This document shows positions 12,731-25,824 of a stretch of 64,000 bases of DNA, one piece after another; the stretch's first letter is position 1, and every line of letters starts with the position of its first letter. This DNA is from Felis catus. Lineage: Eukaryota. The notes beneath the pieces are model-generated. The model made no database searches, was not told the DNA's origin, and saw nothing but the letters and a program-made list of their open reading frames with translations. Location of the stretch: NCBI RefSeq assembly GCF_018350175.1, contig NC_058368.1, positions 234,734,001-234,798,000 of the forward strand, in the 5' to 3' direction. The translations under genes were made by a program, and so were the position numbers.

Positions 12731-15049
12731 GCAGGAGCAGCACAGGGTGCCTGACACTTCCAGACTCCGGAGGTCCCGGCGGGGTGGGCCAGGCGTGAGC
12801 CCGGCCGGGAGGAGGTTCAGTGGGCCAGTGGGGCCTGGAAGCCATAATGCGGCTCCCGTGTAACCCGGGCTCAGGGATGCAGGAGGCATCCAGGAGGCAG
12901 GGTGGCAGGAGGCCTGGTGGGCTGACCCCTTCCTGCGAGTGTCCCTGCAGATGTACTGGGGCCCCCAGACCCAGGAGGAGCCAAGGGGCTCTGGGGAGCC
13001 TTTCGGGGGCTACATGTTCCCTGGGGCCCAGAGCGCAGACGGAGTGACAGCAAGTGCAGATTCCATGCCTTCTGTTTTCTCTTTCTGAACTTGTAACAGG
13101 GGATTTTGAGCCCATCAGGGAGGTCACTGCCTCCACTTACTTGAGTTTGTTCAGGGCTGGGCACCAACACACTAAGAGAAGGTGCTGCCACCTGAGGTCT
13201 TGAGGCTTTTAGGAACAGGGACCAGGGACGTGGACCAAAGTCAGAGACGTGAGCTTCCATGAGCTTCTAGAAACTCTGAAACCGTCACGTGGCCTCACTG
13301 GCACTGTTGACTCAACTACACCACACGGCCACTTGCCGGGTAACACCTCACAGTTTTAGGATGGGCTTGCTCCTCCTCGAGACCGGGTCTAGATGCTACC
13401 GAGGGACGCATCTTTGTGTCCTCAGATGGTAGTTCAATGTGACAGAAAGACGGAATCCTGACCCAGCAGGGTGACAGCCAGGCACGGCAGGCACAGTGGC
13501 TGCTGTGTCCGGCCAGGGCAGGCGGTGGTGGGGACGGCTGGGCAGAACTGGGTGCCAGCGTCCCAGCTGAACCCCCCTCCCCAACCACGGAAGGCCTGCA
13601 TCCCAGGTGCACGGTCGCTAGAGCCTGCCCACGGGTGCGGGGGAGACGGGCCAGGAACCCAGCAGGGGTGCACAGGTCACCCGGCACCACACTTGAGAAA
13701 CGGGGAAATCTCAGTTTCCGGGGCCGTGTATTCAAGCTGTGGGGGACCTAGAAACAGTGTGGGGCCCGCGTCGCTTTGTAGCTTACAGCGAACCCCCCGT
13801 GTGAGGAGGCCGGGTTGTGCTGTGCTCAATGACACGTCAGCACGTTCCGGAACGTGATAACTAGTTTCTGTGGCTCCACAAATGTAAAGGAATACCACTT
13901 GGATGCAACAGATCAGCTCAATCACTCCTTAAGCATGGGTTACTAAATTAACACTTAACACTGGACTTTTACGTAAACCCTCGGTCAAGGTTTCAATTTC
14001 CCTACCAACCAACCGAGAACCTCCAAGATCTTCCCCTGTCGGGCCCTGCTGGAAAGGTGATAAATGATCCCTCCTGCTTGATTTAGCGCTGGTACCAGAG
14101 GCTCACCACTTCAATTTATCATCTGTCCCCTCCGTGCCAAACCTGACTTGTCCTTTGCCTCAGTGTTATTTCCCTCTGTGCTACCGGGGACGGCTTACGG
14201 CAGCAGATGGCTGGGCCGTGCTCAACCACGGTTGACGACGAGACACCTGGACGAGGCCTGCTGGCTGCCCGGCGCGTGGCCCGCAAGCCGGGCTCCCGGG
14301 GCCTCAGAGACGCCCTCCTGGTTCTCAGCAGTAGCGAATGTGAGCGCGGAGAGCTTGCTTTGCAGGTTTTCCGGTGTCCTCTTTTTTCCCATCCACCCAG
14401 CCTGGCTGAGGCTTGAGAAAACTGGGGTCCAGCTGGCACTTACTGGAAGCGAAACGGGGAGACACGCCCCACGGTGACGGGCAGCATGTCGGGGCTCCGG
14501 TGGAGGTTGGCCCCAGGGGGCCAGAAGAGGCAGGGCTTGGTATCACTTATGGCTACAAAGCCAGGCGTCCGGGCCAGGGCTGGGGGGCTACGGGCAGGCA
14601 GGGAGCTTTGAGGAAGCCTTTGGGCTGGTGGCACAGCCTCTCTGTTGGCAGACGTGTTCAGAGGCACCCAGCCCCTGGTGGCTGGGAGATGCAGGCGGAC
14701 AGGTGTGTCAGGAGCCGGGCAGAGCCCCGGGGCCTGGGCGAGGGTCTTTGTGTCTGTGCCTCTCAGGAGCCACTCTCGTGCCGTCCCCTCCCAGCCACGA
14801 GCCAGTCTTCGTCACCGTTAGACGTCTGGGGCCCTTTGAGTGAATGGCCCCTTTCTGGGTGGCCCGGCCATCCCAGCTGGTTGTCCTCTCCTTCCGGCCT
14901 GCGGGCCTGGGCGTGACTGTGCTCCCCTCCCCCAGCCGCTGATCACGGCTCTCGGCAGGCACTGTGCCAAGCACCGTGGGGGACCTGAACCTGTACCCCG
15001 GCCTACCAGCAGCTCGGCACCCCCAGACCCCTATCCCCGGGGACCAGAC

Positions 15050-15053
<4 letters not shown>

Positions 15054-15092
<39 letters not shown>
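15054..15092. repeat. (GA)n microsatellite
   Basis: Perfect GA run. Confidence 0.95.
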
Positions 15093-15095
<3 letters not shown>

Positions 15096-17209
15096 TTGCA
15101 CCCTCCTGGGTCGGGGCAGGCTGCACGGAGACAATGAGAATAACAGCCCCGTTGGGAGAGATGGTCTCTTGCGCTCAGCCTCGTGACCCTCTCTTCAGCC
15201 ACCTAAGAACGAGCCCTGGGCCTGGGGCACTTGTCATCCAGAGATAGACCGCTCACCGTCACCGTGGTCACTGTGTTCGGAAGGAGTGTCTCCTGCTTTA
15301 GAATCTGTGTGGGCTCCTTTGCTCTGCACAGACATGTGGGCCTCGCGGTACCTGGCCAACCTCACTGCCCCGTCTGTCCCCCGTGGGGTGGGAACAGGGT
15401 CCTCCTTCTGCCAGATGTCCTGCGTCGGCTACAGGAGGGACCTATGGGCTCTGGTGACCGGTGGCCAGCGCTGAAGCTGGATCTCGCTGGTCCGTCTCCA
15501 CATGGGCACAGTGTTGCTACACCCAGAGCTCGGCTGTGTGTTTTCCTCGGTGACCCCGATGTCTAGGGGCAGCGGGCAGATGTCGATGTCGAGGGGCATG
15601 CTCACCAGGAGGTGGAGCCAGTAGACGCCTCCTCCTTGACAAGGCCCCAGAGGTGTGCCGTGCAGTGCCCAGTGCTGGTGGCCTGGCTGGTGGCCCGGGG
15701 CACCGGCTTTCCAATCACAGAGAGCATGTGGCGCTCTGGTTCCCACCTGGCACCCAAGACTCCCCTTGCTCGGAAAAGCTTTCTGTGGTGCCTGCTCCCC
15801 TAAAGCATCTGATCAGTGCCCTCCTCCCGGCCCCCTCTGGCCGTGAATCCTGCCCTGCCCCTGCGAGTGTGGGGCAGGCCTTGGGGACAAAGCCCACAGA
15901 CCTGAGTAGGGTGTGAGTATCTGACTAATGCCCTTGTGTAGACACCAGCAGGTAGCCTTGGAGCCCCCTAAATGCTTTCTTCTCCCCCATGATAAAAATG
16001 GCTTTCTTTTGCCATTCTGGAGAATATCATTGCTTCCTGCTTGTTGCCAAAGACAGGCAGCACTTGTCTTCTTAGACGTTGCTGACACAGGTGGAATCAT
16101 TACCACCCCGAGAAGACCGTGACTGTCACAAAGGTGACTGTTCTTGCACATCCGTCGGCTGTGGGCATTTCTGCATTGGCCTTAGAGCTGGAGAGCCAGA
16201 CAGCCTGGTTCCAGGGGCCCAGTATGGAAAGAAGGGTGTGAGCGGGCTGGTCCTTGGTCAGGTCAACCACCCCCCGTCGGTCCTTCCTGCATCCCTCTGG
16301 CCCCCCACCCCCTTTCCCTGAGACCCCGCCTGACTCCTCAGCATGTGAACACACAGAACAAGGACCTGGTGTCCCTTCACGAGGGTGGGCGCTGAGCTGG
16401 GTACAGGCAAGCAAATGGCTCGAGAGGCTCCTGTGAGTGTCCAGCTGGCAAAGCCCCAGAATAGGAGCAGCTCCCCCTGGGGGCCCCAAGGACCCCCCAC
16501 CCCCCCACCACCTTGCCCGCTGCTCTCCAGGCAGCCATGTTGGTGAGTTCTGTGCTACCTGTGTCCTCTGTCAGGTCAGAGGGAGAGTGAGCATCCTTCT
16601 CCAGCAGAACCTTTGCTAATGGGAAGCCATCTGTCTTGGCCCCGCCGGCAGAGGCGCCTCCCCCCTCTTAGCCGCCAGAAATATTAGTCTTCATGTTCCA
16701 GCTCCTTGAGCTGCTGTCCTCAGGTTGCCAGTCATGGCCAAGTCCTCCAGGGTTCAGACATGGGGGGAGGGGTGTCCAGGCAGCCTTGGGACTCATCCTC
16801 CCTAGGTTCAGACCCATCACAGTGTAGTTTTGCTTCAGGGCAGTGGTGTCTCTGTAAATCTAATAAAATCAGCTCCCAATAGAGACCAGTATCCGTAACG
16901 ATCAAGTGCGATGTTACTGCTGCCATGGGAGACAGACTCTGGGGAAGAGCTGTCTGCAGAGCTTTTGGCCCCCAGGAGTGATGCTCTCAGGAAGCCAGGA
17001 CACGGGACTGGCTGGGGGAGGGGCAGGTGCTGACTCACAGGGTGGATCCCCCAGTGCCCCGTGTGGTCCCTCTGAGTTGTCACAGAGGGAGGCGAGTGCA
17101 TGTACCTCTATAACCTTGTAGCCACCCGATGTCACCGCTGGCCACCCCTGGGGTCAGGGACGCTAGCCCTGAGCAGAGCGGCTGTTCTCTGCAGCAAAGG
17201 GCAACACCC

Positions 17210-17463
17210 AGTGTGTTAAATTGCCAGCTGACTAGGGGCTTAAACAATAAACATTTATTGCTTCACAGAGTGTGGAGGCTGAAAGTCCAAGGTCAAAGCA
17301 TCAGCTGGGCTGGTTCCTTCTGTGACTGGGAGGGAGAGTCTGTTCCAGGTTTCTCCTTGGCTTGTAGACATCCTGTGTCTCCTCACATCTTTCCTCCCTG
17401 AGTGTCTGTCTCCAACCCCCAATTTTTCCTTTTCATAAGGATGCAGCCATATTGGATTAGGGC
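17210..17463 (-). mobile_element. MLT1 LTR, 3' part (interrupted by the MER21-like LTR)
   Basis: 'ggcttaaacaataaacatttattg...ggaggctgaaagtccaagg...ataaggatgcagccatattggattagggc'. Confidence 0.75.
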
Positions 17464-17833
17464 TATGATTGTGTGATTTATAATAAATATTTATTTGCTC
17501 TTTGTCTCTGGTTCTGGCACAGAGCTCGTAAAACCCTTGGAATTTCCTAAGTGCTGAGAGCAATAAAGGTGTCTTTATTGCAGGAGAACTGACCAGATGC
17601 TTAAAGGGTTGAAACTGTCGGTCCTACTACGCCCTGACCCCTGGGGGAGAGGAGAAGGGCTGGAGGTTGAATCAATCACCAGTGGCCGATGATTTAATCA
17701 GTCGTGTCTGTGTAATGAAACCTCCATAAAAACCCAGAAGGGTGGGGTTCAGAGAACTTCTGCGTTGATGAGCGCGTGGGGGAGTGATGGCCCGGGGGGT
17801 CACGGAAGCTCCACTCTCTTTCCCATCCCCGGC

Positions 17834-18687
17834 TGCAGAGAGCAAGATGGAGTCACTCATGTCAAGCAGGGGCTTGTGTTTAGCAATGACGTAAGCGGTA
17901 ACATCATTGTAACTATCGGATTTCGCCCAGACCAGCACCGGCTAATGATACCCCAGAACTGATAATAAATTAGAAGCAGAGGAGCCCTCTGCAGGGGTCC
18001 AAGACTGATTAAATATTTTAAAGAGGCAGGGTTTTTGCAGCAAACTGTCGGACTCCTCAGACATGTCCCCTCTATGTCTGACACTTCACCAAGGCCCAGC
18101 TGGTCTCCGAGCAGAACTGAGATCCTTCCCTGCTTGAACACGGTAAGCAGTAAGTGCTGGCCCGGACTGGACTGAGGCCTCATCCCAGCTGTGGACCCAC
18201 AGACTGACTTCGTGTTGGTTCCTCGGCTTCCCACCCCCTGTCCTGCCTGTTTGTCGTGAGACTTGTCTTGGGCTCTGCTTTGTGTGATGTGCCAGAAAGC
18301 CAAGTTTTTTTTTTTTAATTTTTTTTTTCAACGTTTATTTTATTTTTGGGACAGAGAGAGACAAAGCATGAACGGGGGAGGGGCAGAGAGAGAGGGAGAC
18401 ACAGAATCGGAAACAGGCTCCAGGCTCCGAGCCGTCAGCCCAGAGCCCAACGCGGGGCTCGAACTCACGGACCTCGAGATCGTGACCTGGCTGAAGTCGG
18501 ACGCTTAACCGACTGCGCCACCCAGGCGCCCCTAGAAAGCCAAGTTAATCATGTGGTGAGACGTCACTGAGTCTGGAATCCTGAACCTGCTTCATGAGTA
18601 TGTTACCCTCGTTTTATGACTGAATAAAGCTCACGTTGTGGAGGGACCCCACTTGTGTGTGCGCCTTCATAGTGCGCTCGTGACTGT
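17834..18687 (+). mobile_element. Unassigned LTR-like insert within MER21 copy 1
   Basis: Absent from MER21 copy 2; begins 'tgcagagagcaagatggagtcac'; AATAAA near the 3' end (about 18623). Confidence 0.5.
18307..18533 (-). mobile_element. CanSINE, young cat-type (SINEC_Fc-like)
   Basis: CpG-rich, close to the recalled consensus; 13-bp TSD AGAAAGCCAAGTT at 18294-18306 and 18534-18546. Confidence 0.97.
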
Positions 18688-19046
18688 TGCCCTGTGCACC
18701 CCTTCCGTCTGGCTGTTCCAGAGTTACAGCCTTCATAACATACCGGTAATCTCGTAAGTGACTGGTTTCCCGAGTTCTGTGAGCCACTCTTGCAAATTCT
18801 CAAACCCAAGGATGGGGTTGTAGGAATATCCAATCTCTAGCTGGTCAGTCAGAGGCACAGGTGACAGCCAGGACCTGCGTTGGGGTCTGCTGTGGGTGGA
18901 GAAGGAGCAGTCCTGTGGGATCTGATGATCGTTCCTGGTAGATAGTGTCAGAATTGAGCTGAATCTTACGACACCCAGCCTGTGTTCCAGAATAGCTTGG
19001 ATGTGTGGGGATAAAGACCAAAGTTGCAGTGGAAGTCAGAATTGTG

Positions 19047-19190
19047 GGGCCCATTCTCATGACCCCACTTTGAATTACCTCATTATGTCCGCAATAACCC
19101 TATTTCCACGTAAAGTCATATTCTGAGGTGCTGAAGGGTTGGAACCTCAACATGTGAATTTAACAGAAGACACACTTCAACCCCGAGCAC
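19047..19190 (-). mobile_element. MLT1 LTR, 5' part (continuation of 17210-17463)
   Basis: 'gggcccattctcatgacc...accctatttccacgtaaagtcatattctgagg...caacatgtgaattt'. Confidence 0.75.
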
Positions 19191-19349
19191 TGAGGAAGGT
19201 CACAGCTGTGACTCTTTGGGAGGTGGCATTCCCAGCAGCTGGGCCACGGGGTGTACTGGTCCCAAGGAGGACATCAAAATATCCCCCTTTTCACCTTTGC
19301 TGAAAGCTTACAAAATTCCCAACTAGTCTACATTCAGGGTTTTTAAAGA

Positions 19350-19458
19350 TTTTTTTGTTTTTAATTTTTCTATGAATATAATTTATTGTCAAATTGGCTT
19401 ACGTACAACACCCAGTGCTCATCCCAACAAGTGCCTCCTCAATGCCCATCACCCATTC
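19350..19458 (-). mobile_element. Carnivore LINE-1, short 3'-terminal fragment
   Basis: T-rich tail then 'aatataatttattgtcaaattggct...caacacccagtgctcatcccaacaagtg', typical of a carnivore L1 3' end. Confidence 0.75.
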
Positions 19459-21764
19459 TCATTATGTGGCTGGAAGCTGGGAGCTTTGTCAAATTAAATA
19501 AACTGTGTCTGGCGATACATCTATATTATTGACATTTATCCTGTGGTCCAGAATAGATATACCATAAAACTGTGCATTAATTCAGTCAGTTCCAGATTTA
19601 TTTGGATTCCTGAATTTTTCTTGTCTCCTGCCGCCATTTGGACTTTTTAGAATAATTTTTGGTCCTTCACATCTTATAAAATTCCAAGCCATTTATTTTA
19701 TAGTTTTCTCAAACACACGAGAGAATGATTTTTTACCTGATTTTGAAAAAATGACTTTTACCTTAAAAATGGATTTTTTACTTTGATGAAACCTCTGATG
19801 GCTGTTCTCAGGCTATCTGCAAATCGTTGTCGTGTAAAATTTTCTGGGGCATCCCACTTAATACCAAGCTATTCTAGGACCTTGTTAACGGGAACATTGG
19901 GAGACGATGAAGGCACAGCCCCTGCTGGGAAATGTCACCCAAGCCAATGTAGTAATAAGTCATAATCCAGTGAAGGGCCGAGGACACCAGACGAAGAGCT
20001 AAAAGGCACGGGTTCAAGTCCTGGCCTGCCGCCCACTGGGGATCTGGGGCAAGTTCTCCCCTTTCTGTCTGTTTGCACAGACCATTGTGGGGGCCGGGGA
20101 GTGGAGTGGGGTCTGCACTTACTGGAGGGATTTTCACACACGGTCACCCAGCAGCACATGGGAAAAGCCAGTCCCCACGGCCAGTGCTGCGTGTCCCATC
20201 TTGCCCCCCGGCGTGTTGTGGCTCCACCGGTGAACTTCGCCATGGCAGAGCTCCCTCTTCATTCCGCCTCGTCACCACTCCTATGCCACAACTTCTGTGC
20301 TGCACACCCAGGAAGGCCGGGCCGCTTTCCTGAGGGACGTGGGCAGGTCTCGACGCTCCGCAAATCACCGATGCTTCCTTGCCAGGGATCTGATGTCTCC
20401 CACCTGGCCGGAGTTTGCTCTCTCAGAACGTTCTGCTGATGTAGCAGACGTCCGAGTCAAAGAAATGAGTTTGTGGGGAGCCCTAAGCCCAGAAGGCTAT
20501 AATAAATTATGGATGTTGCTGGAGGAGTGTCACCGGCAGCTGATGTGGCCTCTGAGCACCATTGGAAGATTGCGAAGCTATGACGGTGTGACCAGAACGG
20601 AGGGCTTAGGAGAGGTAGTTTGGCTTTAGGTGGCAAGACGAGACCTGAGCATGGCTGCGTCCTAAGAGGGGAGTTTGAGGTTCAGGACCAGCGTGGAAGC
20701 ATACGGTGCCCACACGCGAAGGATGAGCTAGTGGAGGTGAGTGGGGGCTTCACAACTTTCCCCTGGACGCTCTTTTCTGGGACGAGAGCAGGAAACCTGG
20801 TCCGTGTACAGTTTCCCCCCCTCAACGTGAATTTATGCACGTAGTTCGAATATTAACACGATTTACTGATAGGATATTAACAGATGCTTCTGTACATTTT
20901 AACAAGAAAAACGGAGGCAGTGACCGACATCTGCTGTGACTGTTGCTGCCTAAAAAGTCACATGCTCACCACCAACATCAGCGCATCTCTTGCGCAGCGA
21001 AAGTCTCCGTGTGGCACTGCGCACCCGGCCCTGGGGCTGGTCTGTGAGAGCAGCTCGGTTCCTGCACGTCGATTCCTGCAGTGATTCCTGTCGTGGTTGT
21101 GACTTTGCAAAAGAGTGTTTCCGCACTGAGCAGAGCCTGGGCCCTGACGTACAGCTCCAGACTCTAACCCCCTTGCAAGGGAATGAATACAAGCGCAATT
21201 ATACTCGGCACTAGACTTGGCAGAATACGCAGGGATTGTGTCGGCTTCCTGATGGCTCACCGATTAAAATCTCAATGAGTCTGGGGCAGGGTGACCCCTG
21301 CATCTAGTCTGGTACCCGGAAGGGGTCACTGTTGTCACCAGGTCTGCTGTCCTACCCCTGCATGTGGCAGCTTCAAGAGGATCTACCACCACCTCCAAAC
21401 GTGTGCCCGTCGGTACAAGCTTGGCTGTGTGGGAGGAATGGCCCCTGCTGGTAACGCAATCACGTTTTGGCTCCTTGCTGTCATGGGAGCGCTGTGTGCT
21501 TGTGTGCCATCCGATCCTCGTGAAAGAGCTGTGGGGAGATCAGCGGCCAGGAGCCCTGTGGATGGAGAAGGAACTTGCCGCCAGCCAGGCGCCTGGCTTG
21601 TGGGGTGTCCTGGCTTGTATGTGGGGTGACAGCCTGGGAGGAGTCGGTAGGACTAACCTCTGGTATTTTTTCTTTTCCACCATTTTTATTTTCAGTGACC
21701 GATGGAGTTATCTCAGGAGTGAAAATGTGAAATGGAAGGAAACCAACGTTTCTTTAAAACATGT

Positions 21765-21955
21765 TTTTTAATGTTTATTTATTTTTGAGAGAAAGGGTGT
21801 GAGCCGGGATGGGGGAGAGAGAGAGGGAGAGAGAATCCCAAGCAGGTTCTGTGCTGTCAGTGCAGAGCCCGACGTGGGGCTCGATCCCATGAACCTCAAG
21901 ATCATGACCTGAGCCAAAGTTGGCCTCTCAACCGACTGAGCCACCGAGGCGCCCC
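21765..21955 (-). mobile_element. CanSINE
   Basis: Reverse SINE: 'atgtttatttatttttgagag...ccgactgagccaccgaggcgcccc'. Confidence 0.93.
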
Positions 21956-23789
21956 TCTTCTTAAGATTTGATGTGAGATTGTAATCACAGGTCAAAGAAA
22001 AAACATGTAAAGGCGTCCAGCTGCCACCAGTTCTCTCCACAGCCGAGCTTTCCCTGTCTTTACCCATCAAACCACTCCTGCATCTCCAATCATGCTTCTG
22101 ACATATACTTATAATGGCTTAGTCCCCAAAGGCATCTGGTGCCTGTGAGATCCAGATGGCACGAACTGTCATGGAAATCTTGGTGAATCCAACAAGAGTG
22201 AAGATGCAGAGTGGCTTGCTCCTGTCACCTCTCTCGGGGCAGTGGGGCCACGGGCTGCCGGGAGGCCACAGCAGGAACAAGGCTTCTAGTGCTGGAGTGG
22301 CATGGTATCTCTGTCCTCCCTATGCTCTCTTTGAGGTCCTCTGCATGATGACCTCGCGGGTCCCCAGGGAGGCCTCCGTAGCCCTTGGGATCTTCAAACC
22401 TATTCCTGGTGGGGTGGTTGATTCAGGGACAATTCAAACAATGTTTTCCGAAAAAGTTCTCTGAGCTACGAGCGGGACAAGGTGAGGCTGTAGGATGAGG
22501 AAGCTCACCCTTGCTCTCCCGGGGCTCAGAGCCCAAGGCCAGGATGCTGTACATCCCCATGTGGCCAGGGAGTGGGTGAACATGACCCCATACTGCCCCA
22601 CCCTGGGATGCTGCACAAGCCTGGCTTGAAAGCTGACAAGCACCATTGCCACACTCTGAAGGCAACATAAGTCTCATAAAGCATGCAGGGCCCGTGGGAG
22701 AAAGGAAGCATGAATAAGAGATGGGATGGAGTGGAGGCGAGCCTGTGCCGGCTCTAGCCATGTTAGTGGGTCTGCATCAGCCACTAACAGGAACCTAAAC
22801 ACACGTGGTCTGCTCAACGACCTATCCCTTCAGGAGCAGTGTGAGGGCTTAGAGCATCGACACCCAAAGAAGAACACACTTGAGACAAGTGGAAGGAAAG
22901 GATTCTGGTTGTATTTTAGGGGAAGTGATGTGAGGCTTACAGAAACTCACCCGGTGCAGGACTCATGGATGCATGAATAGAATAGCCGTGCCAGGTAACC
23001 AAGGCCATCCTTGGGAGACTTCATTTCTTGGACAGAGAAAGAGTCAAAGATCCAGGTGCGAACAGGTATATAGAGTTCCCTTTCTAGATGCAGTGTGGTT
23101 TGGAAGGGCCGATGAGCTTTGTGACTCAGGGGAACCTGCTCATGGGGAAGGAAGGGACATGACTCCTGGTCTCTGCTCCCTTTGGATCGACATAAATGGT
23201 AGATATGAAGATGCTAGGGATCTTGATCCCTTTCATGGCAGCATGAGTGCAATTTTATCAGTTTTGGCACAGGGGGCATTGGGACAGCCTGGGGCATTCA
23301 GGAAAAGAAGTCACCATGGTTGTAGAGCAACATGGCTGCACCCTTCTCCAGCTGCCAGCTGTTGGCCAACTTGTTGGTGAGGCCATTACAGAAGATGTTC
23401 AGCCTTCACCAGACTGATTCATGTGGATGAAAGAATTATCGCTTTCAGTTGTTCTGTGACTTTGAGCTGGAAGATTGTAAGAAATATCTTAGGAAGAGGT
23501 ATTTTCTTGAACACCAAAGAACATAGTGGAGAGAGCTAATGCTTTAAAAACTCATGATGGCAGGTGGATGCCAGATGCTGGTAGTACCAGGCAGCTCACC
23601 ATGGGGCCCGTGGTGGCTCAGATTTGTGTGATTGGATTTACAAACGGGAGCTGCCTCGTCATGCCAAGGGACTTTGCCGAATCAAACATATCTCTTTGAA
23701 ACTGGACGAGGTCACACCTTTCCCCTGCTTTCATAGTGATGTTATGAGAGAGATTACTAAATCTGCAGTCACTTTGTGTGGTCCCAGGT

Positions 23790-23900
23790 CTGTCTCTTTT
23801 CTTGCCGGGACAATGCTGACTGACCTCACTGAGATTCACTTTCTTCTATGTCAGGCGAGAGGGATTATCACTACACTTACATTCAGGGTTGTTGCAGGAT
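23790..23900 (+). mobile_element. MIR remnant
   Basis: 'tgacctcactgagattcactttcttctatgtc...cagggttgttgcaggat'. Confidence 0.45.
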
Positions 23901-23917
23901 CCACCAAGAGAACATTT

Positions 23918-24102
23918 TTTTTAAGTTTGCTTATTTTTTTGAGAGAGAGAGAGAGTGGGGGAGGGGCAGAGAAAGAAGGAGAGGGAATCCCAAGCAGGCT
24001 CCATGCTGTCAGCCCAGAGCCCGATGCAGGGCTTGATTTCATCTCACAAATCATCAGAAATTAAAGTTGGACATTTAACCAACTGAGCCACCCAGGTGTG
24101 CC
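23918..24102 (-). mobile_element. CanSINE
   Basis: Reverse SINE with TSD CAAGAGAACATTT at 23905-23917 and 24103-24115. Confidence 0.93.
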
Positions 24103-24988
24103 CAAGAGAACATTTGTGAGAAGGTCTTTCATGAACTCTTCAGAATTTGACAGTGTGAGGTTTTACCTTGTCAGTCAGAGCTCGACTGTGCCCCTGTGTC
24201 AGGATTTCATCTCCAAACCACTCGCTGCTTCTTGGGGCTCCATTTTTATGTTATAACGAGTCTCCCATCAGCATGAGCTGGAGTCATGTCAGATGGTTCC
24301 AGCTGAGAAGAGACCCATGCTGGTCACAGTTACTAAGGATGCACTGGTGTGGGCAGGGATGTCCTGCTCTGGAGACCTCTGGGATAGTAGCTCCATCAGG
24401 GTCTTGCCTCTTAGGACAGCAGTGGGCCCCAGAGACCTGGAGAGGGGGCCCACCCTCTAGGCACACTGCCGAGTTCTTGGAATGAAAGCTCTTAGGTGCT
24501 GCTGGTTCTCAAAGTACCCACTCCACTGAGAAGTCCACTGATTCCTTCTAGTTTTGCTATTGCTAAGGCCAAGGCTTTTGCTTTTATTGAAATAGTAACT
24601 AAACTCTGTTTTCAGGAAAACAAGAGTTCATTCACCACTTTGGCATCCCATCAGATGCTACCATTGTTTCCATATGGTAAATTCAGGAAAGTACTTTGGC
24701 GGGTGAGGGAGGGTTTGAAGGAGATGATCTCACTGGAACTGAAGTAATCCACAGACCAAAAATATAATCCATAGGTGAGGGGGAGGAGGTTTATCCGAAG
24801 AGAAATATTCAGAAATAAGTGTTCCCTAAGACATGTCTTCATTTCAATTTCTAGAAAGAAAGATGGTTCACTAAAATAACTGTCTTTGGAATCTAGTAAC
24901 CCAATATAAGCTCTAGATCCCAGACTAGCTGGTAGAATTGAGGTCCAGATGTCTGATTCACAGCAACTGCAAAGAATATAACCATACA

Positions 24989-25775
24989 TGATGTTGTGAT
25001 TTATAATAAATATATATTTGGTCTCTGTCCCAGTTCTGGCACAGAGCTCTTAAAACCCTTGGGATTTCCTAAGTGATTGAAGTGGTAAAGGTGTCTTTTG
25101 TTATGTTAATGAGGCGGCCTTTGCACCCCACCTAAGGTTGGGGCTGGTTGTTGGAACTTTCAGTCCCACCCACCCCTATCCTCCAGAGAGGGAGAGGGGC
25201 TGGAGGTTGAATCTATCACCAATGGCCAGTGATTCAATCAAACATGCCTATGTAATGAGGCCTCTGTAAGATCCCAAAAGGACAGAGTTGGGAGAGCTTC
25301 ATGGTTGGTGAACCCATGGAGATTTGGGGACAGTGGCACATTCAGAGAGGGCATGGCAGCTCTGTGCCATTTGCCCACGCCTTACCCTATGTGTCCCTTC
25401 CATATGGCTGTTCCTGAGTTACCTACTTTTATGATAAGCTGGTGCTCTAGTAAGTAAAATGTTTCTCTAAGTTCTGTGCGTGGCTTTAGCAAATTAACCA
25501 AATTTAAGGAGAGGGTCATGGGAGCCTCCAGTCTGTAGCAGATCAGTCAGAAGCACAGGTGGCCTGGGCTTGTGAATGGCATCTGAAATGTGTCAGTGGG
25601 GGCATCTCGTAGGACTGAGCTTTCAACCTGTGGAATCTGATGCTCTCTCCGAGTTACGAATGCCAATTCAGAATTGAACTGAATTGTAGGACACCTAGCT
25701 AGTGTCTGAGAATTGCTTGTTGGTATGGGAACCCCCCCCCCCCCATTTGGAACTGGGCGTAGAACTCTTTTATCA
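24989..25775 (+). mobile_element. MER21-family LTR (copy 2, uninterrupted)
   Basis: 'tgttgtgatttataataaatatatatttggtctctgtcccagttctggcacagagctcttaaaaccctt'; collinear with copy 1. Confidence 0.8.
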
Positions 25776-25824
25776 TGGAATCAAAGTAATTTGAGCTCCA
25801 ATGTCTGGCAATCTCACCTACTAG

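Larger units (their letters stand above)
17464..19046 (+). mobile_element. MER21-family LTR (copy 1) carrying nested insertions
   Basis: 'tgtgatttataataaatat...ggttctggcacagagctcgtaaaacccttggaatttcctaag'; collinear with copy 2 at 24989-25775; flanked by GGGC duplication at 17460-17463 and 19047-19050. Confidence 0.75.

Noticed and set aside
12636..17135. Dense overlapping 60-170 aa ORFs in GC-rich DNA
   Set aside because: Expected by chance at high GC; no recognisable domain or consistent exon structure
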